This document shows positions 52,051 to 64,000 of a stretch of DNA of 64,000 nt, piece after piece. The notes under the pieces are model-generated. The model made no database searches. It was not told the DNA's origin and saw only the letters and a list, made by a program, of their open reading frames with translations. The position numbers and the translations under genes are program-made. The stretch comes from Felis catus (lineage: Eukaryota), in assembly GCF_018350175.1 (NCBI RefSeq), contig NC_058368.1, positions 161,512,001 to 161,576,000 of the forward strand. Direction: 5' to 3'. Positions within the stretch are counted from its first letter, which is position 1, and the number at the start of each line of letters is the position of its first letter.

Positions 52051-54559
52051 ATTTCTGCATTTATGTATATTATACCATATAAGACTTGCTCCATTTTTAT
52101 TAAAAGAAACAAAATATTGCCCGGTATCTCTGGGATTCTCACATCAGATTACATTTCAGGACTATCTGAGAAGCATCATACTAGGCAAAGTACCCAAGAA
52201 TTTGTGTTTTTCCAAGTTTTCTGGTTTACTTTCATGTATATTCGCTCTGAGAACATGAGCTTTGGAATCATCAAGCAGTTTCTCTTAGTGTTTGTTACTC
52301 AATTTCTCGTATTTATGGTATGTGTGCTTACATATGGGTGTGCATGCTTGTGTGTATGGAAATTGTTGCTAGAAAATCCTTGTATCTTCTGAGGACTTTT
52401 TTACCTACCAGGGAAAAAAAACAATTATGAATTGATTTTTTTTTTCCTTTTGACTTTGGGAAGCCCAAAGACAAGCCTTAGTCTTAATCACAGCAAGTTT
52501 TTATATATTGCCTGTGTGATCACTTTTTGCCTGACCTTTGACCCTATGCTTTTTTTTCTTATATTGACTCTATCTTCACATACATAGTATGCTACCACTT
52601 AACTTTAGCTAATTTGCATAGTTTATTCTTAAATATAAAAGTATTCAAATACTAGCAAGGTCTATGAAGACAGATTTTTTCTGTTTTTTTTTCCCCACTA
52701 TATCCCCAATATGTTAAACAAAATAGTACTTAGTGTATGTATGTATGTCAGAATATATTTGTTGAAGGAATACATAAGATAATAAATTAGTGTTGTGAAA
52801 TAGGTGGGAAGATGCTGTCTTAAAAATCAATAACAACAAAAATTCATATTGCTTTGTTATTAATTACTGTGCAGTTATCTCTTCCTTTCTGTTTTCTGTT
52901 TCTAGAACTCTTGTAAATATGGTCTATTGTTTGTATTCATCTTTTCTCTCTTGAAACCATAAAGGATGAGGTTATATTATTTGTGGTTATTTAAATCAGC
53001 TTTAAATTATGTGTGTCGATAGTGCACTGAAATTGTTTTTACTCAAATTGCAACTTTAAGACTAATAATTTCCCCTTGAACATTATCTTCCTCATTGCTT
53101 ACTTATATTTAAAATGATATGAGCTTGTTTTAACACACAGCGATATGTTTCAGTGAATATCGAGGATAAAATATGAGTGTAAAGAAGTGCTAACGGTATA
53201 TTATCCTAACAAGCATAATTCTGAGTGTAAACTAGTGAGCTATTAAAAACTTAAACTGGGACAATAGGCATAAGCTAGGATGACCCAGGGAAAACTGAAA
53301 TGTGAGGTCACCCTATTCCAAAGCAGGCTAAAGCAATGAGGTCTTGCTTTTGGAGAAAAGCTTTCGGCTGTGTCCCCAGATCCCTGGGGTATGAGCTAAT
53401 GCTCATCTGCATAGAGGGGCATCAGTGGAAACATTTGTGAATCTGCTGTGATCACAGTGTTTCTAAAAAGCAAAATGGAGTATTCTTCCTCTTTTTGCCT
53501 AATTCACTCATATTTGTCATTTAAGCTCAACATCTGAACTCAAGTCCTCCTGTTATAGGCACTTCTAAGAACTTCACAGCACTGGATGGAACTGAAATTT
53601 TGTGTTTATTAATTATTTAACTGCTCCTATTTAAAATACATGTACTGTAAAGGTAGATACTATGGTTTTTCTTTGTTTACCTGCTGACTGTTGTATCCCC
53701 TGCAGACACTCTAGTCTCTTATACAAATAGATATTAAAAAATGTTTAACAAATAGGGAAGTGAGTAAATGAAACTCATGTTTCACCCATTCTCATTACGT
53801 GTTCTCTGAAATCCCGTCATTCTATGGCATTTAAAATGCTCTCTAATCCATATTTTATTTTTTTTCTCTGTCATAGTCCCTCAGAATAAATATACATGAT
53901 ATATTATAAGTATATATATATATACAGTTATGATATAACTAACAAATATACAATACATTATATATATGTGTGTATGTGTGTGTATACACTTAGTTATGAT
54001 TAACTATTGTACTACCATTATTTTAATCTATGTAGCCATGGTAAAAGGGTGTCATGGAACAATTCTCAAAATCTAAACATAACACTCTAGAATACATTAT
54101 ATTCTCTCATGTTCATGAAATGAAAGTGATCAGCAATGATGTCTTTTTGTTTTTTATTTTGTTTTGTCTGTTTTTGTGTCAAGTTTTTATTTAAATTCTA
54201 GTTAGTTAACAAATAGTGTAATATTAGTTTCAGGAGTAGAATTTAGTGATATCTCATTTACATATAACACCCAGTGCTTATCGCAACAAGTGCTCTCCTT
54301 AAGTGCATCACCAATTTAACCCATCCCTCCAGCCCACCTCCCCTCCAGCAATCCTCAGTTCGTTCTCTATAGTTAAGAGTCTTATTTATGATTTGCCTCT
54401 CTCTTTTTTTCCCCTCCTATGTTCATCTGTTTTGTTTCTTAAATTCCACGTATGAGTGAAAGCATACGGTATTTGTCTTTCTGTACCTAACTTATTTCAC
54501 CTAGCATAATACACTCTAGCTCCATCCACATCATTGCAAATGGCAAGATTTCATTCTTT

Positions 54560-54750
54560 GTTTTTATTTTTTTTTTAGTTTATTTATTTATTTTGAGAGA
54601 CAGAGGGAGAGAGAGATCCCAAGCAGGCTTCACGCTGTCAGCATAGAGTCTAAGGTGGGCTTGAACTAACAAACCATGAAATCATGACCTGAGCCAAAAT
54701 CAAAAATCAAAAGTTGGACCCTTAACCAACTGAGCCACCCAGGCAATCCA
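54560..54750 (-). mobile_element. CanSINE nested in L1
   Basis: TSD AAGATTTCATTCTTT at 54545-54559 and 54753-54767. Confidence 0.95.
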
Positions 54751-54797
54751 GTAAGATTTCATTCTTTTTGATGGTGAAGTATTATTCTATTCTCTTC

Positions 54798-54800
<3 letters not shown>

Positions 54801-54841
<41 letters not shown>

Positions 54842-54842
54842 A
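54801..54842. repeat. (CA)n microsatellite inside L1
   Basis: Direct reading. Confidence 0.97.
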
Positions 54843-55602
54843 CATCTTCTTTATGTATTCATCAGTCAATGGACATTTGGGCTCTTTCCATAATTTGGCT
54901 ATTATTGATAATGCTGATATAAATGCCGAGATGCATGTGCCCCTATGAATCAGCACCTCTGTATCCTTTGGATAGATACCTAGTAGTGCCTTTGCTGGAT
55001 CCTAAGGTGTTTCTATTTTTAGCTCTTTGAAGAATCTCCATATTGTTTTCCAGAGTGGCTGCACCAGTTTGCATTCCTACAAACAGTGTAAGAGGGTTCC
55101 CCTTTCTCTGCATCCGTGCCAACATCTGTTGTTTCCTGTGTTGTTACTTTTAGCCATACTGACAGGTGTGAACTGGTATCTCATTGTGGTTTTGATTTGT
55201 ATTTCCCTGATGGTGAGTGATGTTGAGCATCTTTTCATGTGTGTTAGCCATCTGGATGTCTTGTTTGGAAAATGTCTTTTCATATCTTCTGCCCATTTCT
55301 TAACTGGATTATTTGGTTTTTGGGTAGTGAATTTAAATAGTTCTTTATAGATTTTGAATACTAACCCTTTGTCAAATATGTCACTTGCAAATAGCTTCTC
55401 CCATTCTGAGGGTTGCATTTTAGTTTTGTAGCAATGATGTCTTTTAACTGCTTCAATATTGTGCAGGCTTGGATATAGGAAATGAGCCAAGAAAGAGCCA
55501 TCTTCTGACTAAATTTTGACTTCTTACCACATTCTAAAGAGAGTTTAGAATAGAGAGCATATCTATTAAGCTCCAAAGTAATTCAGAATCTAGTAATTTT
55601 CA

Positions 55603-55819
55603 GAGGTGTCTGGGTGGCTCAGTTTGTTAAAAGTGACCGACTCTTGATTTTGGCTCAGGTCATGATCTCATGGCTTGTGAAATGGAGCCCTACATCAGGC
55701 CTTGTGCTGACAGTGTGAGGCCTGCTTGAGATGCTTTCTCTTCCTCTCTTTCCTTACCCTGCTCATGTGCACATTCTATCGATCTCTATCTCTCTCAAAA
55801 TAAATAAACATTTTTTTTA
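55603..55819 (+). mobile_element. CanSINE
   Basis: TSD AATCTAGTAATT at 55587-55598 and 55820-55831. Confidence 0.94.
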
Positions 55820-56010
55820 AATCTAGTAATTATCAGTTTGATACTTCATTGGTTCTGAGATATTTATAGTTAGGGGTTACTGGTTACTTATATTTTTTCA
55901 ACTTAAATATATCAAAAAATCTCTTAAATGAAGGCAGAATAATAGTCATTATAAAATTAACTTGTGTTAGGACAATACATTGAAATTTCTGTTGAACATG
56001 ATAAAGAACT

Positions 56011-56223
56011 AGGGCACCTGGGTGGCTCAGTTGGTTGAGGATCCAACTCTTGGTTTCTCAGGTCACAGTCTATGTTTCATGAGTTTGAGCCCCTCATCGG
56101 GTTCTGTACTGACAGTGCGGAGCCTGCTGGGGATTCTCTCCTCTCTCCCTTTCTCAGTGCCCCTCCCCTGTTCTCTATGTCTGTCTGTCTTGAAATGAAT
56201 ACATAAACTTAAAAAAGATTAAA
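56011..56223 (+). mobile_element. CanSINE
   Basis: TSD ATGATAAAGAACT at 55998-56010 and 56224-56236. Confidence 0.95.
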
Positions 56224-56553
56224 ATGATAAAGAACTGATAAATTATCAAGAATTATTATTTGGCAATAGGTTTATATACGTACACATACAACCTGTTGTG
56301 TTTAAAAAATTTTAATTTCGCAAATTTTTTTTCTTTACACATAGGTCTCTTAATTGTTGATACAGATAATGCTACTTCCACCTGTGAAAGTAATACTATA
56401 GGTCAGAGACTAATTCACAAGACTTTATTTTCTTTTAATTTTAACAAAGCAGTATCTGGTCATCTGGCAGAAAACTCAAAACCATTTTGTTGGCAGCTAC
56501 AGGACTATCCCGTGGTGAGCCAGTTAATGGGAAGTTTGAGTTTATGTGTGCAC

Positions 56554-56736
56554 TTTTTTTTAATTCTCTTAAAATATTTATTTTTGAGAGAGACAGAGTG
56601 CAAGTGGGGAAGGGGCAGAGAAAGAGGGAAACATAGAATCTGAAACAAGCTCCAGACTCTGAGCTGTCAGCACGAGCCCAGTGCAAGGCTTGAACTCACA
56701 AACCGTGACACAGTCAGATGCTTAACCAGGCACCCC
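56554..56736 (-). mobile_element. CanSINE with internal deletions in the tRNA head
   Basis: Head reads GGGGTGCCTGGTTAAGCATCTGACTGTGTCACGG; degenerate TSD TGAGTTTATGTGTGC / TGAGTCTATATGTGC. Confidence 0.92.
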
Positions 56737-57587
56737 TGAGTCTATATGTGCCCTTAATCCCCATTACCCTCTGGTATATGTTCTTATACCCAGGTATTTT
56801 CTATGTTGGCTATACATACTGGATTTTTTTAAAATTAGTTTTACTAGTAAAAAAAGAAAAAACAACTGAGGAATCATATTTTATTGCTAGTTAATGCAAG
56901 TTATTTTTTTCCAGTTGTATATACTCCTTTATCTTAACATTGACTTTTTTTTATCTTCTGCAATTTTTCTTCTGCAGTTTTCACCTCCATTTCTTCTCGT
57001 AATACCATTTAACTTTTCACTACTGGTTATATTTATTAATTTTTCTTTATATAATATTTGTAATGTAACCATATAAAGCAATTATCCATGAAATTTTAAG
57101 AAAAAATATTAAGAAAAAGTATTAAACAGAGATAATATGGGCTCTTATGGAGAATGAGTGTTCCAGATTATTATTGTTATTGTACACATTAATTTCATCC
57201 ATATCTATTAAGGAAATGAAATTATTTTGTTAATAAAAGGTCTTATATGAAGGTATAGATCTTAAATGAAAGTACAGGAAGGCAGCATGGGGGAAAGAAA
57301 TGAAAACTAGGAAGTTCCTAAACCTGAGTTGAGGTCTTTAAGAAAAGGACATGTAAATTAGGTGATGACTTATTAGAGTCTTATTGTGGACCCAGTTCCA
57401 CATTTGGATGTTTTGAGGCCTTCCGTTACAATTGTTCTTGTCTTATTTACACTAACTGTACTGGTCAGATATGATTATGAGCCATATACACGAGAGCTAA
57501 ATAGACAGAATAAAATATATAACTACAGTAATATTTTAAAAACTTGTTTAACAATAACAATAATGCATTTATCAATCCACATCAACC

Positions 57588-58307
57588 TGTTAGGAGATAC
57601 TCCTTTTTTTAAAACATTTTTTATTAGTTTATTTATTTATTTCGAGAGAGAGAGAGAGAGAGAGCGAGCTGGGGAGGGGCAAAGAGAGAGGGGAACAGAG
57701 GGTATGAACTGGGCTCTGTACTGATAGCAGTTAGCCCGATGTGGGGCTCGATCTCCCGAACAGTGAGATCATGACCTGAGCATGAAATCAGATGCTTAAC
57801 CTACTGAATCACCCAGGTGCCCCAGGAGATAATTCTTTATGTGTCTCTTGCATTTCTTTGCTTTTTGCAAGCAGAGGTTATAATTATCTTTTTGTCCTTG
57901 ATTACTTTCTAATAAATATTTATGTATGGAAAAACGTTGGAAAATAGATATTGTGTCTCCCTCCTGAGCAATGAGCTAGCTTGTGTTTTGTCCAATACAG
58001 TAAGGATCATATTTCCATACAGGACAAAGATTGGGTTTGCTTGCAGTGGGTTAAAGAAGGTTGGAGTTTCTTATGTTTGAGGATTTTCAGCTGTAATACA
58101 AATCCACTATATGTGGAGCATCTATCTGGGCCTCTCCATGTCACCTGATGAGAGTTTATTGAAAAGAAAAATGGCATGAACCATGGATAATTAAGTTCTT
58201 TCTCTCTGACCCAGGAGTTTCTTCTCTTACACTAGCATCCATAAAATAGGCAGGATACTTTATCTTGCAAGTACATTAAACTTTCAGAACTTTCACAGTT
58301 TTTGACA
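57588..58307 (+). mobile_element. ERVL solo LTR, LTR40-like, with a SINE inserted near its 5' end
   Basis: Starts TGTTAGGAGATA, ends TTCACAGTTTTTGACA; flanks CAACC / CACCC match 4 of 5 as a TSD; resembles the recalled LTR40 consensus. Confidence 0.75.
57604..57823 (-). mobile_element. CanSINE nested in the LTR
   Basis: TSD core AGGAGATA at 57592-57599 and 57824-57831. Confidence 0.95.
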
Positions 58308-58314
58308 CACCCTG

Positions 58315-58485
58315 TAACATAAAGTAGGTTCTAATATTACATATATTTTTAAATGAGTGAACTAAGTCACAGTGAGCATAAGTAACCTTCTCAAGTTTAT
58401 ACCTATAGCAAGGAGAACAGCTAGCATTCAAATCCAGACGGTTGGCTCCAGAATTCATGCTTTCAAACATGTCACTATACTGGCT
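58315..58485 (-). mobile_element. MIR relic
   Basis: AGTAACCTTCTCAAG...ATTCAAATCCAGAC..TGGCTCCAGAATTCATGCT. Confidence 0.6.
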
Positions 58486-58902
58486 GGTCACATTAACTTC
58501 TAGTTTCTCTAGTGCTACATGGTTCTAGATGACCTGACTATATATTTACTTAACAAATGGTAGTGACTATGAGATGAATTTTGACCTGAAGCTTCATTAC
58601 ACAGAAGTCTTAAAATATTCCCAAGGAATGACAAAGTTCAATTTTCAACTATGTTTTCTTAATTTTTTAAAATCAATTCTACTCTTTAGGCATCTTCTTG
58701 AACATCCTGCAAGTAACAGACTGACAATATCTACTCTGCAATGATCCAGTATCCAATATTATTAATTTTAAGGGGGATTTGAGGATTTAGTATCCTCATG
58801 TAAATAATCACACTTTTTTGTTATTTTTTTATTTTTATGATTCCCTTCTCTGAAACACTTCCCTCCATTCTCTGAAATTTCTCTTCGTGCTGTACCACTT
58901 TC

Positions 58903-59468
58903 TGCAGTGGACATTTATTGATTTTGCCTTCCCAACATTGGTTTTCCCTTCTTTGCATAACTGTTCATTACCTTGACCTCCTGGTCATGAAATTTGGATT
59001 AAACTTACTCTACCGTTGTCCATTGGAATGGGACATATATCATACATAACTTGCTAGTGAAACTCTCATATAGCCCTCCCCACAGTGACTGGTTCAGATG
59101 TACGAGTGTGAACGGAGCTTCATCAGTCAATGTTAATGGGCATCAACTTTGAGGTTTTGCTTGAACTACTGGCAAAAAAACAAACAAATAAACAAACTGT
59201 GATTGAGTTTGCTATATTTTGGAAGTAAGCCTATGTCTTCCAGTGGCCATTTTGATGTTGAGGAAATTTCCTTCCTGAGAATTAAGCCAACACAGATCAA
59301 AGCAGGACCAAGATACAAAGAGTAAAACTGTTCTGACATTAGTATTTGAGCACCTGGATCCAGCTAAGCTTCTGTGGACATTTAGTTTTCTCATGCAATA
59401 ATACTTTCTCCATACTTTTATTTTTCCCCTTAAGCCACTTTGATTTGGAACGTGGTTACTTACAACAA
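58903..59468 (+). mobile_element. Ancient ERVL/MaLR LTR (LTR16/MLT1J-like)
   Basis: CCCCACAGTGACTGGTTCAG, TTTGAGCACCTGGATCCAGC, and TTAAGCCACTTTG...TTACTTACAAC. Confidence 0.6.
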
Positions 59469-59549
59469 TCTTCAGATTTTTGTGCAATCCTAGTTTCCTG
59501 CTTTCTAAAATTGTATATTTTCACTTGATTTCTAAATTCTCTCACTTTA

Positions 59550-59623
59550 TTATTGTTTTAAAATATTTTTGTGTATGTTTATTTATTTTTGAGAGAGAAT
59601 GACAGTACAAGCAGGGAAGGGGC

Positions 59624-59655
<32 letters not shown>

Positions 59656-59792
59656 GGACTGAGAACCCGAAGCAGTCTCCATGCTGACAGCAGAGAGCCC
59701 TATGTGGGGCTGGAACTCATGAACCTTGAGATCATTACCTGGGCTGAAATCACATGCTTAACACTTATCTGACTGAGCCACCCACATGCCCC
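59550..59792 (-). mobile_element. CanSINE
   Basis: Degenerate TSD TAAATTCTCTCACTTTA / TAATTTCTCTGACTTTA; long GA tract. Confidence 0.94.
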
Positions 59793-60207
59793 TAATTTCT
59801 CTGACTTTAGAATGTCATGGTTATGTGATTCTTCTGACTTTTTGATTTTAAAATACCTCTAAAGATAGTGTACTCTTGGAATAAGAAAACAGCAGAAAAA
59901 TTGTATGTATAATTATTTACTATTCAATCCTACATAGGTTACAATAATATACAATATTTCACAAATAAACAAGTGATATAAAAATAATTATGCTGAATAC
60001 TAAACTGATGGAAGGTTAGTACCTTCTGAAATATGAATGAATGTAGTGAAATTCCATATTAATTCAGCATTTAATACTTTGGTTTAAATACTACAGTCCT
60101 GATGTTACTGTTTTGAAAACACTATATTAGATGAATTTATTGTATACTCAGCTTTGCATTAACAAATATGCTGTGCTAACATATCAATGTATTGTTTATA
60201 GACTTGT

Positions 60208-60273
60208 TATATATATATATGTATATATATATATACATATATATGTATATATATGTATATATATATATACATA
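60208..60273. repeat. Imperfect (TA)n microsatellite
   Basis: Direct reading. Confidence 0.93.
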
Positions 60274-62029
60274 TTTCCTGGTGATCAGAAGTACTCATGC
60301 AGGTGATGTGCTTCTCATTTGTCCTGAAAAATTATCTCTCACATTTGGTAGCATAACATCTTTGCATGCTTCAGAAAGTAGCAATGAGTTTCAAAAAGAC
60401 TGTATATATTCTCTCTTTTGGCTTATATGACTATTCTGTAAGATTAATGAGACAGACACTAAGACCTCCATTTTGCATTCAAGATAAATGAGTCAAGTAT
60501 TTCAAAGAAGTCTAGAATACAGATCTTTAGTCGCTTAGTCCAACAACACAAATAGGAAAATAGTTTAAAGTTGGTAGATCAAATAGAAATATCCCCTAAA
60601 CATTAAAATCTAATGCATTTTGTGTATATTATAGTATATTTAAGGTATACAGCCTAGGACAGGGTCAGAGCTGTTGTATCACACGATAGGAAATAAAAAT
60701 ACAGAAGACTCGTTCATTTATTGAATCTTCAGATAGAGCATATTGCAGCATGCCAGGCACTGTCTGGGGATGAAGTCTCATTAGTAAACAAGTCTGACTG
60801 TTTTGAAGATAATCTTCTTTTACATTTTTCCTACTTGTTTCCTATCAACTAGAAAAGGATCTATTCTCTTATTCAATTATTCCTGGTATGTAAGACTAAC
60901 TCAAAGGCCTAGTTTACTAGGAAATCAAAGGGACCCTATAGAGTCTTGGATGTGCACATTAATATGTCCTAGAGTAAAAACCAAAAAATAATGTGTAATA
61001 TTGTTTGAGTACAAAATCATATCAGAAACGAACATATATACAAACACATAAAACAGCATTTTCAGCTCTGTCATCTGCCCAGGTGAGCAGGCAGTTAATC
61101 TCTCAGATGACAGAGTATTCACCCTAGCCTTTGAAGATTTGAGGCTGCTTTCTGAAGGTGTGGTAGGCACAGTCTTTTTGCTTACACATGAATAGGAGCA
61201 GAGTATACATAAGAATAGCAACATAGTAAACCTAAATGTCAGGTTTCAAGTACAAAGACTTCCTGCAACCTTAGGCACCCAACCTTCCAAATGATGTCAA
61301 TTATGTTTCCCCTCCCTGCTGTGCTCTGAAAAGGAGAGGCACCATAGGGATCAAAATTAAAACACTTAATTACTTTATGCTTTACATGCAAACTATCTGT
61401 AGAAAACAGCAGGCCAATCTTTTTTCCTATCCACTCAACAGAAGGCTCTTTGGTCCCTGGACAACTCCACTAATCATTTGTGTTTAAATACTTTTCCAGT
61501 GGCTTGCATTATCCCTACAAACATCTTTACCCTCTTTTGGAAAAGCCTGTACACTTGGTTACTATTTAACCACTTATCTATTGAAGTAAATGCCTGAGAA
61601 TTAAAGCTCCCTAGAGCTGGCTGATGAGCTTTCACATGGAGTAAGAATTGTAACACATCTGGAAATAAAGGCTAAGGGGAAAAGGAGGCTAGAATTAGTT
61701 TCCAAAGGCACTTCATGGAATTTGCAGAATTGCCAGTATAGAATGAAGTGTTTTCAGTGGAATCAAATTTATATTTCATTAAAATCCTCAGGAAATCTTG
61801 GTCATCTATTCCAATGTCATTAACAGAGACTGACAGTGGTATAGACATCCTAAAGCCTTAAAATAGACCATGATAACTATAGAAGAATAACTGAAAAAAG
61901 CATCCAAATATTTTTGTAGATTTTAAATTTGCATGTTTCAATTGCTCCTTATTCTCTTATATTTTTTGGTTTAAAGTTAGACAGCACACACTTTGTTTTC
62001 TGAGCATTTCAACATTTATTTTGTAAGTT

Positions 62030-62195
62030 CTCTTATACTTACTGCAATGATTTGAATTAGGAAGTAGCAATTATCTCAGTTTTGCAAATAAGGAAGTTAT
62101 CTTGGCCTTCAATTGAGGTCACACAATTAATTAGTGCAGAACTGAAACTAGAATACAAAATTTTAAAGGCCCTAAACTAAGGCTTTTCCATTAGC
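62030..62195 (-). mobile_element. MIR relic
   Basis: CAGTTTTGCAAATAAGGAA..GAGGTCACACAATTAATTAGTGCAGAACTG. Confidence 0.55.
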
Positions 62196-62894
62196 ATATG
62201 TGGCTTCTTGTGCATTTATTAATATAGTAATTATAAAAATATATATTAAGTGCAGATATGTAAAAGTGACTTCTCTTGCTGGGGTTGGGGAAAGACTCTT
62301 AGGTAATCTTAAAAGAGTCTTGTGGGTAAGGTATTTTGTTCAGATTAGAAAAAAAAGTATAATGTGTAAATTGAAACACATTAACCACATACCATAATCT
62401 CAAATTAAACACATTATGTAGGTGGGAGAAATCCAGGGTAGTTGAAAAGGCAAGACAAAAATGGAACGGTAGGGAAACGTGGAAGACAATGTGCTCCTTC
62501 AAAACTCCTGAACTTAACTTTCTTTTCCACATTGTCTCTGATCGCTGTAATTTGTGGTGACAAGGGTCAGCAAAAAACCATCAGAGATCACAGCACCAAG
62601 GTGAAGTGATTCACCCTGCTTTTAAAATCTTAGTACAGAACTCTGAAATCTTCTAATTAAAGAACCAAGATAGGCATCTACTCGACCTTTACTTTGACAT
62701 CTTTAAATTTAAAGCAATTCAACTCACTCCCACACTCAGGTTAATTTTCACTAGAAGAAATGATTTTGACAGTTTCAGCAAGTCAGGTTAAGCTCATATA
62801 AGGAAAAAAGAGTAAAATGTTCTTCTTTTACTGATAGATGTATCCTCCCAACATAAGACTTTCTGAAAGTTCTAGGACTTGCCAGGATGTGCCA

Positions 62895-63091
62895 GAGCAT
62901 AATGGGACCGAGAGGTTCAGGGTTAGGTGTGGAGTCAGAAGTATGTGGGTAGCCCATCCCCACCAAACCCTATCCATACTATGAATTGTCCATCTGATCT
63001 TGAGGTAAGTATTTAAATGTCTTGGAAATATGGTTCCTCCTTCTATAAATTGAAATAATGTTAGTACTTAAAATTTAGGGCTTTATGATGT
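62895..63091 (+). mobile_element. MIR, split by the MLT1 LTR (resumes at about 63538-63620)
   Basis: GGAGTCAGA..TGATCTTGAGGTAAGTATTTAA..CCTTCTATAAATTGAAATAATG; continuation ATTAAATAAGATAAT. Confidence 0.6.
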
Positions 63092-63537
63092 TGGTAGTGG
63101 GCAGAATGGTGGCCTCCCAAAACACATGCTCTTGTGCTAATCCCCAGAATCTGTGATTGATACCTTATTTAGGACAAGGGTCTTATCAGATGTAATTTAC
63201 CTGAGGATCTTGAGATGAGATCACCCTGGAGTTTCTGGGTAGACTCTAAATCTAATGGCAAGTATCCTTATAAGAGACATACAGAGGAGACACACACAAT
63301 AGAGGAGCAGATTATGTGACAATGGAAAGACTGGAAGGATATGGTTACAAGCCAAGGAACACCATAAGCTGGAAGAGGCAAGGAGTGGATTCTGCCCTAG
63401 AACCTTTGGAAGGAGTAAGACCCTTCTGACAACTCAATGTTGGACTTCTCACCTCCAGAACTGTGAGAAAATAAATTTCTATTTTTAGTCAACTAGTTTA
63501 TTATAATTTGCTACAATAGCTACAGAGAACTAATGCA
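63092..63537 (+). mobile_element. MLT1C/D-like MaLR solo LTR
   Basis: CTAATCCCCAGAATCTGTGA, GATCTTGAGATGAGATCACCCTGGA, GCTGGAAGAGGCAAGGA, CCTCCAGAACTGTGAGAAAATAAATTTCT; ends AACTAATGCA. Confidence 0.88.
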
Positions 63538-63689
63538 ACATTAAATAAGATAATTGCAAAGAATGTACGTAGCGTATGACCTAGAACATAAATTTTTTTT
63601 GGTAAATGGAAGTCATTATGCAAAGCCTGGGAAGTTTATTGCACCTAGAACCATTGTCAAAGGATGTGTGTACTTGCAAGTTTCTTCCT

Positions 63690-63870
63690 ATTGAGCACTT
63701 TCTATGTGTCAAGTATATATTATATGGTTTCTCCATCTAGCTGTAACAAAAAGTAGATATTATGATTTCTTCTGACAGACAAGGAGACTGAGATTCAGAA
63801 AAATGAAATGGCTTGCCCAAGTTCTTATAAAAAGGAGGAGTATCAAGATTGAAACTCAGGCCTATCTATG
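63690..63870 (-). mobile_element. MIR relic
   Basis: TATTGAGCACTTTCTATGTGTC and ACAGACAAGGAGACTGAG..GGCTTGCCCAAG. Confidence 0.65.
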
Positions 63871-64000
63871 GGAAAAAATGTTTATTCTCTTTTTTTCATG
63901 CTGCTTTTGCAAAATACAGTATGCAAGAGGAGTGGTGAGGGGATTTGAGGGAGATACTAAGCTAAGGCCAGCAGTTGTGTGTAATAAGTTTGTCAACCTT

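Larger units (their letters stand above)
54148..55429 (-). mobile_element. Carnivore/felid L1 3' end, 5'-truncated, with a nested SINE
   Basis: Perfect 16-bp TSD AGCAATGATGTCTTTT at 54132-54147 and 55430-55445; peptides QPSEWEKLFA and [12 protein letters not shown]. Confidence 0.96.

Noticed and set aside
1..64000. SINE strand skew (15 minus versus 8 plus) as evidence of a host gene strand
   Set aside because: Small sample and mixed L1 orientations; not decisive

Overview
AT-rich, CpG-depleted mammalian nuclear DNA from a felid (cat-like). This assignment rests on 23 tRNA-derived CanSINEs (15 minus, 8 plus), three of them near-consensus SINEC_Fc-type copies, and on carnivore-type L1 3' ends. 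The rest is L1 fragments of several ages, ERVL/MaLR solo LTRs, MIR/L2 relics, microsatellites and unique non-coding DNA, consistent with a large intron or gene desert. I recognise no intact protein-coding gene, RNA gene or CRISPR array, and I found no convincing new biological system. The ORF track is explained by SINEs, decayed L1 ORF2, simple repeats and chance ORFs. The best-supported oddities are retrotransposition structures: two clear twin-primed inverted L1s plus a tiny third, a probably prematurely polyadenylated L1, a poly(A)-only insertion, a SINE with an internal hairpin, and microsatellites arising at one homologous L1 site. There are also a few candidate plus-strand exons and enhancer-like motif clusters. 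Family names come from recalled consensus sequences, not a database search, and boundaries of old elements are approximate.
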